In this document: piece by piece, positions 12,624 to 24,928 of the stretch
Position numbering within the stretch: the stretch's first letter is position 1
Layout: every line of letters begins with the position of its first letter
Origin: Eledone cirrhosa
Lineage: Eukaryota
Reading direction: 5' to 3'
Assembly: GCA_964016885.1 (NCBI GenBank)
Contig: OZ024745.1
Coordinates: forward strand, 104,098,001-104,162,000
DNA: 64,000 nt
Translations under genes and position numbers: made by a program
Notes under the pieces: model-generated
What the model was told of the DNA's origin: nothing
What the model saw: only the letters and a program-made list of their open reading frames with translations
The model's database searches: none

Positions 12624-15123
12624 TTATACTTCTCTTAGGTCAGTGTTGTTTGTTTGGGTGTTGTTGTTGTTCCACTCATTCTTTCTGTTTAGCTTTGGTT
12701 TTCTAATTTCTATTTCACTGGCCTCTCTGATTTGCCTATCTGCTGGGTCATTCCTATGTTTAGATATTATTCTAATTTCTATGTTGTCTATGTTACCGTC
12801 ATGATGTTGTCTAGCATGTTCGTATAGTACTGACCCGTTTTTTCGTCCTTTTAGTTCCCCCCAGTGTTGGTCTATCCTTTCACCTATGCTACGAGCTGTC
12901 TCACCTATGTATGTTGTTGTCGTGTTTCTGCAAGTACCCTCTGTACATCTTATGCTATAGACTACGTTTCTAGTTTTACAGTTTATCCGGGGGTTCACCT
13001 TACATATGATACATTTCCTATTGGTACAGTGGGTTTTCTTAAAAGGGTAGGTTTTGCTGATCAGGGATTTTATGGTGGTTCCTGGCTTTTCTACCACCTT
13101 TATTTTTAAGTGGGTCTTTCTCAGGGCCTTTCTACACTGGTTAGCTAATTTCCCTCCAGGGGTGGCGTCCACAAACATGACACTCTGATATCTCTGGTTG
13201 TCGTACCATGATGTGGCCTTCCCTATCTTATGTCTAGCCCTATCTAAGCTATTCCATGATTTGCTCCTGTATAGTGGGCAAATTCCTTTCATGTCCAGTT
13301 CTATGAGGGTCTTATACTTTTCCATGGCTCCTTCGTATACTCTGACTCTGTCTCTTTGGTTGTAGCCAGAGAACTGCATGCGGTTGATGAAGTGTTGGAT
13401 GTGTCCTTCCATTTCTGTTGGGTCGCACATGCTGGACACATTCTTCATCACTCGTACCAAATCTGCGATCAGAATATTAAACTTAGCACTACTGGACATT
13501 GCTGAGTTTTTGAGTATCAGGTATTTGGAGGCCATGGGTTTAGCATAGTGTGAGTGGAGAATTTGGGCTCTCTCGTCTATAGTGTTAATCCAGAGTTCTG
13601 TGTCTAATACAGGTAGTCTATTGTTAGGGTGTTTGGAAGGGAAGTCTATAGTTACAGTTATACTCTGGTGTATGGAATTAGCTATCTGCTGGATGCTTTC
13701 CATCGTGCTACGTTCTAAATCAAACTTGTTAGTGCTCTCTAGTGGGGGTGTTCTTATAACTATATTGATATCATCTACATAACGAGAGTACATGATGAGG
13801 TCTATGGAGCTTTCATTAAGGAGATCTTTAAGTCTCCTTTCCCACCATACCATGAAAAGGTTGGCAACATCGCCAGCTATGCTGACGCCGATGGCTGCTC
13901 CCTCATTTTGGGTGTAGATTTTCTCATTGAACTTAAATATGTGGCCCTTTAGGGTAGTTTTGATACTAGCCCCTATTGCATGTGCGACCATTTTTCTTAC
14001 CTGATCAGTGTTTTGGGGGGTCCGTATAGCTTTGGTCCACCCAATCCACCTTCCTATGGGAGTCTTTTTAGCCATTGAGGTTATGGTGGGGGGTCTACCT
14101 CTTATAGGTCTACTAGGGCAGAAACATCTAAGGTCATGGCTGTCTAGGTAGTCAGTGTCGTAGGTAAGTCTAAGTAGGAGGCCTAGTTCGTCTGTGTCGA
14201 CGTCGCAGAACTCCACCTCACTCTCAATGATCATCTCCACACATCTTTTCACAGCAAAATCAATGTTAATGGATGGGTACAGTGACACCACATCCATGCT
14301 GCCTATTATGCAGTTGGATAGGCTCCTGTTTTTGTTGCACTCACTGATTCTGCTGAGGAGGTCCTCTGTACTTTCACATACATCTGGGGACATCTTGATT
14401 ATGGGGCGTATAACCATCGAGAGGAAGTAGGAGATCCTGTAGTTGCTAGCTATATTAGCTCCGCATACAGGTCTTGTTGGTGGTCCTATTGTCGGGTCGT
14501 CGACTGTCTTGTGGTCTTTGCGGAGCCCATACAAGGGTGGTATGCCATTGTTAGACGCCTGGAAGTTGTTGGCAGTGCGTCTGCTTGGCTTTAGGATGTC
14601 AGTCCACATCATCATGTGAGCGTTGAGGATTTTTTCTCTCCCATCGTGTGTTAGTTGTGCAACTTCGCTCGTGTTGGTGATGTGGGGTTGCATTGCCTCG
14701 ATGTAGTTCGGCATGCTATCTATTGACATCCTACCAGACTTATCTGTGGGTAGACACACTACCTCACCATCCCTTGTGCGCTGCTTGAGGCTAACCAAGC
14801 CTTCTACAGGTTTTATCCCAAGTTGTTGGGCCTCTGGTCTGCTCTGTCTCATAGTGTACCTGTCTACTACTTGTCTAATCTTATTTCTAGCTATGGTGAA
14901 CTGTGCCTCCGTCTCGTCATCTATTTGTTGTGGTATGCAAACTCTTTTATTAAAGGGTAACCTCGTAGGATAGATATTACCCATCTTATATGTTTTGTCA
15001 GCTGGGTTGAAAAATAGTTTCTCTAAGGGGTTGTCGTTATTTCTATCGTCATAGTTGTGTGTGTTGCTATTATTGTTATCATGGTGGTTGTTGTTGTTTC
15101 TATCCTTAGCATTAATATTATTA
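12624..15123 (-). pseudogene. N-terminally truncated inverted copy of the same PLE ORF (RT + GIY-YIG uninterrupted)
   Basis: ORF 12624..15290 equals the + ORF from NNINAKDRN onward; its first ~55 aa come from antisense spacer sequence. Confidence 0.9.
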
Positions 15124-15131
15124 CAGTTAAT

Positions 15132-18100
15132 ATGAAAAGAACAACATACACAAAAGTCAACGCACTCTACAGACAAAAACGCATCAACGGTAAGGAAATC
15201 CGAAATCTCATCACAGCAAACGAGAGAGATGACTTCATGAGCGTCATCCGACGCGAAACGAAATATGCTCAAAACGAATGCTGTAGGCATTTCAAGAAGA
15301 AATTAGAATGGATGAATAAGAAAAAACTACAAGAAAGGAAAATCGAATATTCTCAAAAATACCCAGATAACATCGACAACATCCGTATGAGTGATGTAAA
15401 ACTACCGGAGGAATTTACCAATGACCACACAGTAAATATCTATGGGAACACTGTAATCAGTGAACAAGAACAACAAATCCTAAAGTTACCACCAAAATTT
15501 GCCATCTACAAAAAGATTAATCCTATGGAATGCAAAACGGAGCTGGAAAAGTGTTTCACAAAAATACGTTGGAATGCAAAGGTAAACAACAACAACAATA
15601 ATAACGGTAGTAGTAATATAAACAATAACTCTGGGTATAGAAATAACAGCCATAACCATAACAATGGCAGGAAAGTGAGAAATAGTGATAATGGTAATAA
15701 TACTAGCGATAGACAGAACAACAACAACCACAATAATAATAATAATAGAAACGTTAACCACAGACACAGCAACAGTGACCACAGTAGTAATAACGGTAAC
15801 AATACGAACAACAACAACAACAATAACCACAGTGGTAATAATGGAAATAGTACATGTAGCAACATCAACAAAAACAAGAAACATAATAATAGTAACAACC
15901 ACAATGGTAGAAATAGCAGTAACAACAACAACAATAACGGTGAAGTAAACAACAATACATCTAGCAATCATAACAATAATAATATTAATGCTAAGGATAG
16001 AAACAACAACAACCACCATGATAACAATAATAGCAACACACACAACTATGACGATAGAAATAACGACAACCCCTTAGAGAAACTATTTTTCAACCCAGCT
16101 GACAAAACATATAAGATGGGTAATATCTATCCTACGAGGTTACCCTTTAATAAAAGAGTTTGCATACCACAACAAATAGATGACGAGACGGAGGCACAGT
16201 TCACCATAGCTAGAAATAAGATTAGACAAGTAGTAGACAGGTACACTATGAGACAGAGCAGACCAGAGGCCCAACAACTTGGGATAAAACCTGTAGAAGG
16301 CTTGGTTAGCCTCAAGCAGCGCACAAGGGATGGTGAGGTAGTGTGTCTACCCACAGATAAGTCTGGTAGGATGTCAATAGATAGCATGCCGAACTACATC
16401 GAGGCAATGCAACCCCACATCACCAACACGAGCGAAGTTGCACAACTAACACACGATGGGAGAGAAAAAATCCTCAACGCTCACATGATGATGTGGACTG
16501 ACATCCTAAAGCCAAGCAGACGCACTGCCAACAACTTCCAGGCGTCTAACAATGGCATACCACCCTTGTATGGGCTCCGCAAAGACCACAAGACAGTCGA
16601 CGACCCGACAATAGGACCACCAACAAGACCTGTATGCGGAGCTAATATAGCTAGCAACTACAGGATCTCCTACTTCCTCTCGATGGTTATACGCCCCATA
16701 ATCAAGATGTCCCCAGATGTATGTGAAAGTACAGAGGACCTCCTCAGCAGAATCAGTGAGTGCAACAAAAACAGGAGCCTATCCAACTGCATAATAGGCA
16801 GCATGGATGTGGTGTCACTGTACCCATCCATTAACATTGATTTTGCTGTGAAAAGATGTGTGGAGATGATCATTGAGAGTGAGGTGGAGTTCTGCGACGT
16901 CGACACAGACGAACTAGGCCTCCTACTTAGACTTACCTACGACACTGACTACCTAGACAGCCATGACCTTAGATGTTTCTGCCCTAGTAGACCTATAAGA
17001 GGTAGACCCCCCACCATAACCTCAATGGCTAAAAAGACTCCCATAGGAAGGTGGATTGGGTGGACCAAAGCTATACGGACCCCCCAAAACACTGATCAGG
17101 TAAGAAAAATGGTCGCACATGCAATAGGGGCTAGTATCAAAACTACCCTAAAGGGCCACATATTTAAGTTCAATGAGAAAATCTACACCCAAAATGAGGG
17201 AGCAGCCATCGGCGTCAGCATAGCTGGCGATGTTGCCAACCTTTTCATGGTATGGTGGGAAAGGAGACTTAAAGATCTCCTTAATGAAAGCTCCATAGAC
17301 CTCATCATGTACTCTCGTTATGTAGATGATATCAATATAGTTATAAGAACACCCCCACTAGAGAGCACTAACAAGTTTGATTTAGAACGTAGCACGATGG
17401 AAAGCATCCAGCAGATAGCTAATTCCATACACCAGAGTATAACTGTAACTATAGACTTCCCTTCCAAACACCCTAACAATAGACTACCTGTATTAGACAC
17501 AGAACTCTGGAATAACACTATAGACGAGAGAGCCCAAATTCTCCACTCACACTATGCTAAACCCATGGCCTCCAAATACCTGATACTCAAAAACTCAGCA
17601 ATGTCCAGTAGTGCTAAGTTTAATATTCTGATCGCAGATTTGGTACGAGTGATGAAGAATGTGTCCAGCATGTGCGACCCAACAGAAATGGAAGGACACA
17701 TCCAACACTTCATCAACCGCATGCAGTTCTCTGGCTACAACCAAAGAGACAGAGTCAGAGTATACGAAGGAGCCATGGAAAAGTATAAGACCCTCATAGA
17801 ACTGGACATGAAAGGAATTTGCCCACTATACAGGAGCAAATCATGGAATAGCTTAGATAGGGCTAGACATAAGATAGGGAAGGCCACATCATGGTACGAC
17901 AACCAGAGATATCAGAGTGTCATGTTTGTGGACGCCACCCCTGGAGGGAAATTAGCTAACCAGTGTAGAAAGGCCCTGAGAAAGACCCACTTAAAAATAA
18001 AGGTGGTAGAAAAGCCAGGAACCACCATAAAATCCCTGATCAGCAAAACCTACCCTTTTAAGAAAACCCACTGTACCAATAGGAAATGTATCATATGTAA

Positions 18101-18476
18101 GGTGAACCCCCGGATAAACTGTAAAACTAGAAACGTAGTCTATAGCATAAGATGTACAGAGGGTACTTGCAGAAACACGACAACAACATACATAGGTGAG
18201 ACAGCTCGTAGCATAGGTGAAAGGATAGACCAACACTGGGGGGAACTAAAAGGACGAAAAAACGGGTCAGTACTATACGAACATGCTAGACAACATCATG
18301 ACGGTAACATAGACAACATAGAAATTAGAATAATATCTAAACATAGGAATGACCCAGCAGATAGGCAAATCAGAGAGGCCAGTGAAATAGAAATTAGAAA
18401 ACCAAAGCTAAACAGAAAGAATGAGTGGAACAACAACAACACCCAAACAAACAACACTGACCTAAGAGAAGTATAA
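15132..18476 (+). CDS. PLE polyprotein: Asn-rich N-terminal region, reverse transcriptase, Zn-knuckle linker, GIY-YIG endonuclease (uninterrupted, 1114 aa from ATG; true start may be lost)
   Basis: PTDKSG, YGLRKDHK, PTRPV, SMDVVSLYPSI, QNEGAAIG, YSRYVDD, PVLD, CxxxxCxxC, NVVYSIRC...YIGETAR...R...EH...E. Confidence 0.92.
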   Translation: MKRTTYTKVNALYRQKRINGKEIRNLITANERDDFMSVIRRETKYAQNECCRHFKKKLEWMNKKKLQERKIEYSQKYPDNIDNIRMSDVKLPEEFTNDHTVNIYGNTVISEQEQQILKLPPKFAIYKKINPMECKTELEKCFTKIRWNAKVNNNNNNNGSSNINNNSGYRNNSHNHNNGRKVRNSDNGNNTSDRQNNNNHNNNNNRNVNHRHSNSDHSSNNGNNTNNNNNNNHSGNNGNSTCSNINKNKKHNNSNNHNGRNSSNNNNNNGEVNNNTSSNHNNNNINAKDRNNNNHHDNNNSNTHNYDDRNNDNPLEKLFFNPADKTYKMGNIYPTRLPFNKRVCIPQQIDDETEAQFTIARNKIRQVVDRYTMRQSRPEAQQLGIKPVEGLVSLKQRTRDGEVVCLPTDKSGRMSIDSMPNYIEAMQPHITNTSEVAQLTHDGREKILNAHMMMWTDILKPSRRTANNFQASNNGIPPLYGLRKDHKTVDDPTIGPPTRPVCGANIASNYRISYFLSMVIRPIIKMSPDVCESTEDLLSRISECNKNRSLSNCIIGSMDVVSLYPSINIDFAVKRCVEMIIESEVEFCDVDTDELGLLLRLTYDTDYLDSHDLRCFCPSRPIRGRPPTITSMAKKTPIGRWIGWTKAIRTPQNTDQVRKMVAHAIGASIKTTLKGHIFKFNEKIYTQNEGAAIGVSIAGDVANLFMVWWERRLKDLLNESSIDLIMYSRYVDDINIVIRTPPLESTNKFDLERSTMESIQQIANSIHQSITVTIDFPSKHPNNRLPVLDTELWNNTIDERAQILHSHYAKPMASKYLILKNSAMSSSAKFNILIADLVRVMKNVSSMCDPTEMEGHIQHFINRMQFSGYNQRDRVRVYEGAMEKYKTLIELDMKGICPLYRSKSWNSLDRARHKIGKATSWYDNQRYQSVMFVDATPGGKLANQCRKALRKTHLKIKVVEKPGTTIKSLISKTYPFKKTHCTNRKCIICKVNPRINCKTRNVVYSIRCTEGTCRNTTTTYIGETARSIGERIDQHWGELKGRKNGSVLYEHARQHHDGNIDNIEIRIISKHRNDPADRQIREASEIEIRKPKLNRKNEWNNNNTQTNNTDLREV

Positions 18477-18734
18477 ATAAATAAGTAAATTAAATTAAAT
18501 AAAATAAGATAAATAAATACATACACAAGCACATAAACACACACTAGTCACCCAGCAGACACAACACGATACACACTAGTCACACATCACACTATACACA
18601 CACGCAAACGCATGCGCAAAGAAGACAAAATAAAATAAGATAAACAAACAAGCAAATAAATAAATAAATATATAGACAGACTGAACAAAAAAAAAAAATG
18701 GCGTAGACATACAACACAACAGGAGGAACAATGA

Positions 18735-18792
18735 ATATAACACCACTGACGATGTTGCAGATGTGCAACGAAAGATTTATGTAAACTATATA
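18735..18792 (+). ncRNA. Candidate minimal type I hammerhead in the PLE 3' UTR (mirror 12308-12365, - strand)
   Basis: CTGACGA-T-gttgca gatg tgcaac-GAAA-GATT-TA; stem III self-complementary with G.U pairs; stem I is short and interrupted. Confidence 0.55.
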
Positions 18793-19050
18793 TATATGTG
18801 TTTGTCTATATTGTATCTGTATTATTTTTGACCGCCGGTCAGTCAATGGCAACATTGAGGACCGAGTAAGTTAGATCGCAGATATATATATATAAAAGAC
18901 AGCGAGAAGCGAAAACCAACCAAACAGTGAGTGTGTTCTGTTATTAATTCTGGCAATATTACGCAAATATGACCCTCCCCAAATATAACAATATCTGTTT
19001 CGACACACGATTTCATATAAAAAACCTCGCAAAACTAATTCATCGCCGCT

Positions 19051-19788
<738 letters not shown>

Positions 19789-20102
19789 AGAATGCTGTTG
19801 AAGTGTGTATACATTTTTTGGGACACCTTTATTACACATCCATTTCTCTCTCTCCCTCTCTCACTGTCATTCTCCTCTTACACCCTCTCTCCACCTTCAC
19901 CCCCTCTCTTTCTTTCTCTCTCTCTCAACCACTCCCTATTTACCCTCACTACCAATCTATCTAACCCTTTACATCTTGTCCTTTATCTCACATCTTTGTG
20001 TCATCAACTTTGGTAAGCCTCTCTACTAATGAGCAACAACTGCTGCTATTGTTAGCACTACAAAATCTCAGTGTATTTCTCATTGTATCTGTTGCTGTGA
20101 CT

Positions 20103-21052
20103 GTAGTGTTCAGGATGGTGGTGGTGGTGGTGGTGGTAATGTAGTGTTGGTGGGTGGGGGGGGGGTAGTGTTGGTGGTGATGGTGGTGGTGTGGTAGTGT
20201 TCAGGATTGTGGCAGAGGTGCTGGCGGTGGTATTGATGTAGTGTTCAGGATATTGGCGGTGGTGGTGGTAGAGGTCATGTAGTGTTGGTGGGTGGGGGTG
20301 GGGGGGGGGGGTAGTGTTGGTGGTGATGGTGGTGGTGTGGTAGTGTTCAGGATTGTGGCAGAGGTGCAGGCGGTGGTATTGATGTAGTGTTCAGGATATT
20401 GGCGGTGGTGGTGGAGGTCATGTAGTGTTGGTGGGTGGGGGGTGGGGGGGTAGTGTTGGTGGTGGTGTGGTAGTGTTCAGGATTGTGGCAGAGGTGCTGG
20501 CGGTGGTATTGATGTAGTGTTCAGGATATTGGCGGTGGTGGTGGTGGAGGTCATGTAGTGTTCAGGATGGTGGTGGTGGTGGTGGTAGTGGTGTGGTCTT
20601 CAGGGTTGAGGAGATGGTGGTGGTGGTGGTGATGTGTTCAGGATGGTGGTGGTGGTGGTGTAGTGTTCAGGATAGTGGTGGTTGTGGTAGTGAGTGTAGT
20701 GTTCAAGATATTGGAGGTGATGGTGATGGTGGTGGTGATGTAGTGTTGGTGGTGATGTGGTTTTCAGGGTGGTGGTGGTGGCGGTGGCAGTGATGTAGTG
20801 TTCAGGATGGTGGAGGTGATGGTGGTGATGGTGGTGATGTCTTCAGAGTGATGGAGGTGGTGGTAGTAGGGATAGTGGGGGTCATGTAGTATTCAGGGTG
20901 GCGGTGGTAGTGGTGGTAGAGGTGGTGGTGGTGGTAGTGGTGGTAGAGGTGGTGGTGGTGGAGGTGATGTGTTCAAGATGGTGGTGGTGGTAGAGGTGAT
21001 GTAGTGTTCAGGATGGTGGTGGAGGTGATGTAGTGTTCAGGATGGTGGTGGT
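20103..21052. repeat. GGT-rich minisatellite (tgtagtgttcagga(tgg)n units, ~3 larger blocks)
   Basis: Repeated gtagtgttcaggattgtggcagaggtgc...gatattggcggtgg blocks. Confidence 0.9.
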
Positions 21053-21189
21053 GTTTATATAGTGTTTATGTTCATTTAGTTAGTGTAAGTGCTGTGGCTG
21101 TATTGTTTGGGGTGGAGGTGGTGGAGAATTATAGCTGTTAGAGTAATTTATGCATTAAAGCAAATGTATTTTACTTTTCAACTTCACAG

Positions 21190-21302
21190 GAGGCATATGT
21201 GGAAAGCTTCAAAGATGATATGCTCTTTAACAACTTGTATATAGATGATGTTGAAGGCAAGAAGGTCAACGAAATGCCTGGTATTGCCGATGAAATGACT
21301 TA
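21190..21302 (+). CDS. DRC3: DRC3/LRRC48 internal coding exon (EAYVESFKDDMLFNNLYIDDVEGKKVNEMPGIADEMT+ta)
   Basis: Polypyrimidine tract and cacag acceptor at 21189. Translation is colinear with vertebrate DRC3 as I recall it (TAFVEHLNGSFLFDSMYAEDSEGNNLSYLPGVGELLE). The frame hits TAA at 21301 unless spliced at ta|ATATCC. Confidence 0.85.
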
Positions 21303-23008
21303 ATATCCAGAACTTTATCATATGTCTCTTGATTCATTTTCACCTATATCTTTTTAACTAATTGATCTACAGGTAAATCATATGGTGTGAAAATAAATAG
21401 AGTGTTACTATTCTTTAGTATAAATGCTAAGGTGGTAAGACATTAGAACATCAGATTGAAGGCTTTGCAGTATCTATTCTGGCTGTTCGTACTCTGAGTT
21501 CAAATCACACCAAAGTCAACTTTGCCTTTCATCCTTTCCAGGTTGATAAAAAAAAGTACCATTTAAGTACTGGGGTTGATTCTTCCTCTCTTTCTTTATC
21601 TTTTCTCTCTTTCAATTTCTCTCTCCTTATCTGGAAGAAATTGGCTGTGAATTTGGTGAGTGATGGGCTCCACCAGGTTTAAATTGCCCAAGACTCACCG
21701 TATGCCACGACAGTGCCCCTACAACCCCTACAATATAAATGCTATTGTAATGAGTATCATGTAGTAGTGGTAAGTACTTGGGAAGCCTAGTCCATAAGCC
21801 CTTTTAAATTTCCAGTTCCAGGGATTGTGTTCAGCTCTAATAAATAGAAGTAAGCATCTGGCAACTCCAAGTTTGATTTCCATTTTGTGCCATTTAACAT
21901 TCTACTGTATTGAAACTACAGAATCTCATTAACTAGACTGTACTTGTGATTTAATGGCCTAGTCCTATCACATAGTGTCACATAATATCACACAGTGTCA
22001 CACAATGTCACACTGAAGATTACATTAAGAGTTCATGTGTCTGTGGAGCACTCAGCCATTCAATGAGTAGATTAACCTTTTGATGAACCCAGAACTGTTA
22101 TATGTCAAAATGGATGCAAAAGTCTGTCATTTTAAAAGATTAAATATTGGTTGAATGTTTAGTTTTGCTTCTCTTCATTCTGAGTTCAAATCTTGTTATA
22201 CTTGACCTTGACTTCTGATTTTGATAAAATAAATACCAGCAATCTACTGGTATTCAATCAAGTATACACTATTTCCTATACAAACTGGCCTTATCTTAGC
22301 CAAAATAAATACATAAATTCATAGTCCTAGCCAACCCCTGCTAGTGAAATAAATAATAGTTTCTGATTTAGGCATAAGGCCAGCAATTTTAAGGGAAAGG
22401 GAAAGTCAATTAAATTGACCTCGGTATGTGACTGGTACTTTATTTTATTGACCCCAGTTACTCACTGATATTTTATTCTATCGACCCCGTAAGAATGAAA
22501 GGCAAAGCTAACCTCAGTGGGCTTTGAACTCAGGGCGTAAAAGGTCATAACTCTATGCCGCAAAGAAAGGTGTCCGGTGTTATGATTAGTTGGGGACAAA
22601 CTCCCTTTTGAAATGAAAAACATGTTTGATAGAATGGATCTCATTTTGTCTACATCAATTTAGAGTTTATATTAACTCTAAATTAATTTACTTGTGTCTG
22701 TATCCTCTCTATTCACTACCCTTTAGCATTTAAACTGGCCCTATCCGGCCAGAATTCTCTCACCTCTTTCTGTTCTAACCAGCCATAACCAGCCACTCGT
22801 ACTGATGTTAAGGTATTCTTATCAAAATAAATACTGAGCACTTTTATTTAAATCCTTCCAAGAACCGTTTCTCTCTAGAACTTACTCTATACTACGTTGG
22901 ATAGTTGCAAAGGTGTGATGCAATGTTCAATTGTTTCTACTCTTTCATTGACAATAAGATACATAAAAAACTTGTGAAACCTTTGCTGTGCTTCCTTAAC
23001 TTCTTCAT
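21303..23008 (+). other. Putative U12-type (minor spliceosome) intron with AT-AT termini
   Basis: 5' ATATCC at 21303, consensus U12 branch TTCCTTAAC at 22992-23000, 3' end ...ttcttcAT. Splicing gives ta+t = Tyr and a gap-free alignment to DRC3. Confidence 0.72.
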
Positions 23009-23183
23009 TTTCAAAGAGAAAATGTTGGCTGTATCTGAACAAATCTTCAACCTTGGAACAGCAGAGCACATCAAGATAAAGGAGGAAGTGGACACATTTT
23101 GGCAGTGTGTGGAAGAAGCTAAGGCAGAGAACAAAGAATTGTCTATTAAAGCTTTCGTTGATTTTACCCAGTACAAAGACAAG
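23009..23183 (+). CDS. DRC3: DRC3 coding exon (t+FKEKMLAVSEQIFNLG...DFTQYKDK)
   Basis: Lies within ORF 22905..23345 and resembles DRC3 YKDKFVIICVNIFEYGLKQQEKRKTELDTFSECVREA. Preceded by U12 branch site TTCCTTAAC and followed by AAG|GCAAGA donor. Confidence 0.85.
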
Positions 23184-24796
23184 GCAAGAATTTCTTTCTT
23201 TCTCTCTTCTCTCTTTCTTTCTTTCCTTCTTTCTTGCTTCCTTTCTTTTCTTTTCTTTTCTTTTCTTTTCTTTTCTTCCCTCGTTTGTTTCTTTCTTTCT
23301 TGTAATCAAAATTGCAACAGAAATGACAAAAGTTACCTATTCTAAATTAGATATACATGGCCCTTGGCCATATATATATATATATATCTAGTTTGGAATA
23401 GGTACACTGTATCCCTGTGTGTTGTAAGAAGCAAACTAAAAGAGTCAATGACAGGAAGGGTATTGAGGTGTGAAACATTTCCTCAAAAATTCCCAACAAG
23501 ACAATGATGATGATTATGATGATTTATATTCCCTTCCCATCAACACACCTAATCTGGCAATCTACTATTCCTTCCTCTGCTAATGGATATTCAAGCAACT
23601 GGTGCATCTATTCTAGTAACACATTATAAATAATATGTGGATGTCAAGACAAAAGTATAAAAAAACAACTAACAAAAAACAAAAAAAAAAATACAAACAA
23701 AATAAAAATAAATTAGATACTATTGTCTAAAAGGAATTGATTGTATTATTGGACTTTGATGTGGTTTGTTTTTTTTTGTTTTTTTTGTGTGTATTGGATC
23801 CCAATATTGAACAGCATTGAATTATTTGGTAATTAATAGGTATTATCTCTGGTAGATGTACTGCAACATACTATTGATTGGAGGTAAATGATAGCAAAAA
23901 AATATGAGAGTTTAAAGAGAAGTTATTTAAAGATTTGGTTCTGGATAAGTTGTATTGCGGTGGATTGGCAGTATCGGTAGAGGGTCGGACGCCATACTTT
24001 CCAGCATAGTTACGTCCCTTTACGATCTGAGTTCAAATCCCGCCGAGGTTGACTTTGCCTTTCATCCTTACGGGGTCGATAAAATAAAGTACCAGTAATG
24101 CACTGGGTAATTGCTGGCCTTGTGCCTAAAGTAGAAACAATTATTTAGAGCAAATTGGCAGAGTCGTTAGAATGTCAGATAGAGTACTTTGTGGTACTCA
24201 TTCCGACTTTCTGCTCTCTGAGTTCAAATCAAGACATGGTCAGCTTTGCCTTTCATCCATTTGAGGTCAATAAAAAAGTACCTGTCAAGTACTGGGACCA
24301 ATTCTTCCTCTATATCTCTTCCTCACTCTCTCCTCCTCTAGAAAAATTCTGCTATGTTTAGACCAAGAAAGTAGATAGGCTACGCCAGGTTTTAAAAAGC
24401 ACAAGACACCATGTATCACTGTGGCACCCCCACAACTCCATCAGGAATTATGGGTCCATACATATCTAGGACTACATTACCTAATATGTTCCTTTCTTTC
24501 CAATGTGTTTACTTTGCTTAATCCTTCTGAGAGCTGTACCTTTCTGAAATTCAACTTTGTCATCATCAACACCATCATTTAATATCCATTTTTCCTGCTT
24601 GCAAGAGTTGGAGAGAGGGAGAGAGAGAGAGGAAGTGAGAGAGAGAGATAGAAGTAAAGTCAACCCGAGTACTTGACTGGCACATTTTTTATTGACCTCA
24701 AAAAAGATCTGTGAATAATAAGTGAGGTAAATAACCTTAATTAGTAACTAATATCATACAAAATTGATTTACATTTCCTTTTCTGATATTCTGCAG
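23184..24796 (+). other. GC-AG intron of DRC3
   Basis: AAG|GCAAGA is the only phase-0 donor-like site seen at the point where homology ends; it joins in frame to the 24797 exon. Confidence 0.75.
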
Positions 24797-24928
24797 ACCT
24801 TTGAAGAACTTGCCCTTGTTACAGAAATGTCACAGTATGAAAACAAAGTCTCTCAGTACAGAAAAAATTTAGAAGAACTACGTGATAAACAACTAACATA
24901 TGAGATGCAGCTGGTTGACCAGCTTGAG
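24797..24928 (+). CDS. DRC3: DRC3 coding exon (TFEELALV...LTYEMQLVDQLE)
   Basis: ctgcag acceptor, gag|gtaggt donor, phase 0-0; the conserved DRC3 motif LMTLEMQLVEQLE is recognisable. Confidence 0.9.

Larger units (their letters stand above)
12113..19050 (+). mobile_element. Penelope-like element (probably Naiad-like) with a 3.0-kb inverted duplication: arms 12113-15123 and 15977-18987, spacer 853 bp
   Basis: Coordinates of the two arms sum to 31100 at every point checked; mirrored ORF translations differ by one residue (ELWINT vs ELWNNT); flanked by (TA)n. Confidence 0.93.

Noticed and set aside
15057-15290. Overlapping divergent N-termini of the two PLE ORFs as real bidirectional coding
   Set aside because: They are read-through across the inversion junction, not conserved protein sequence.
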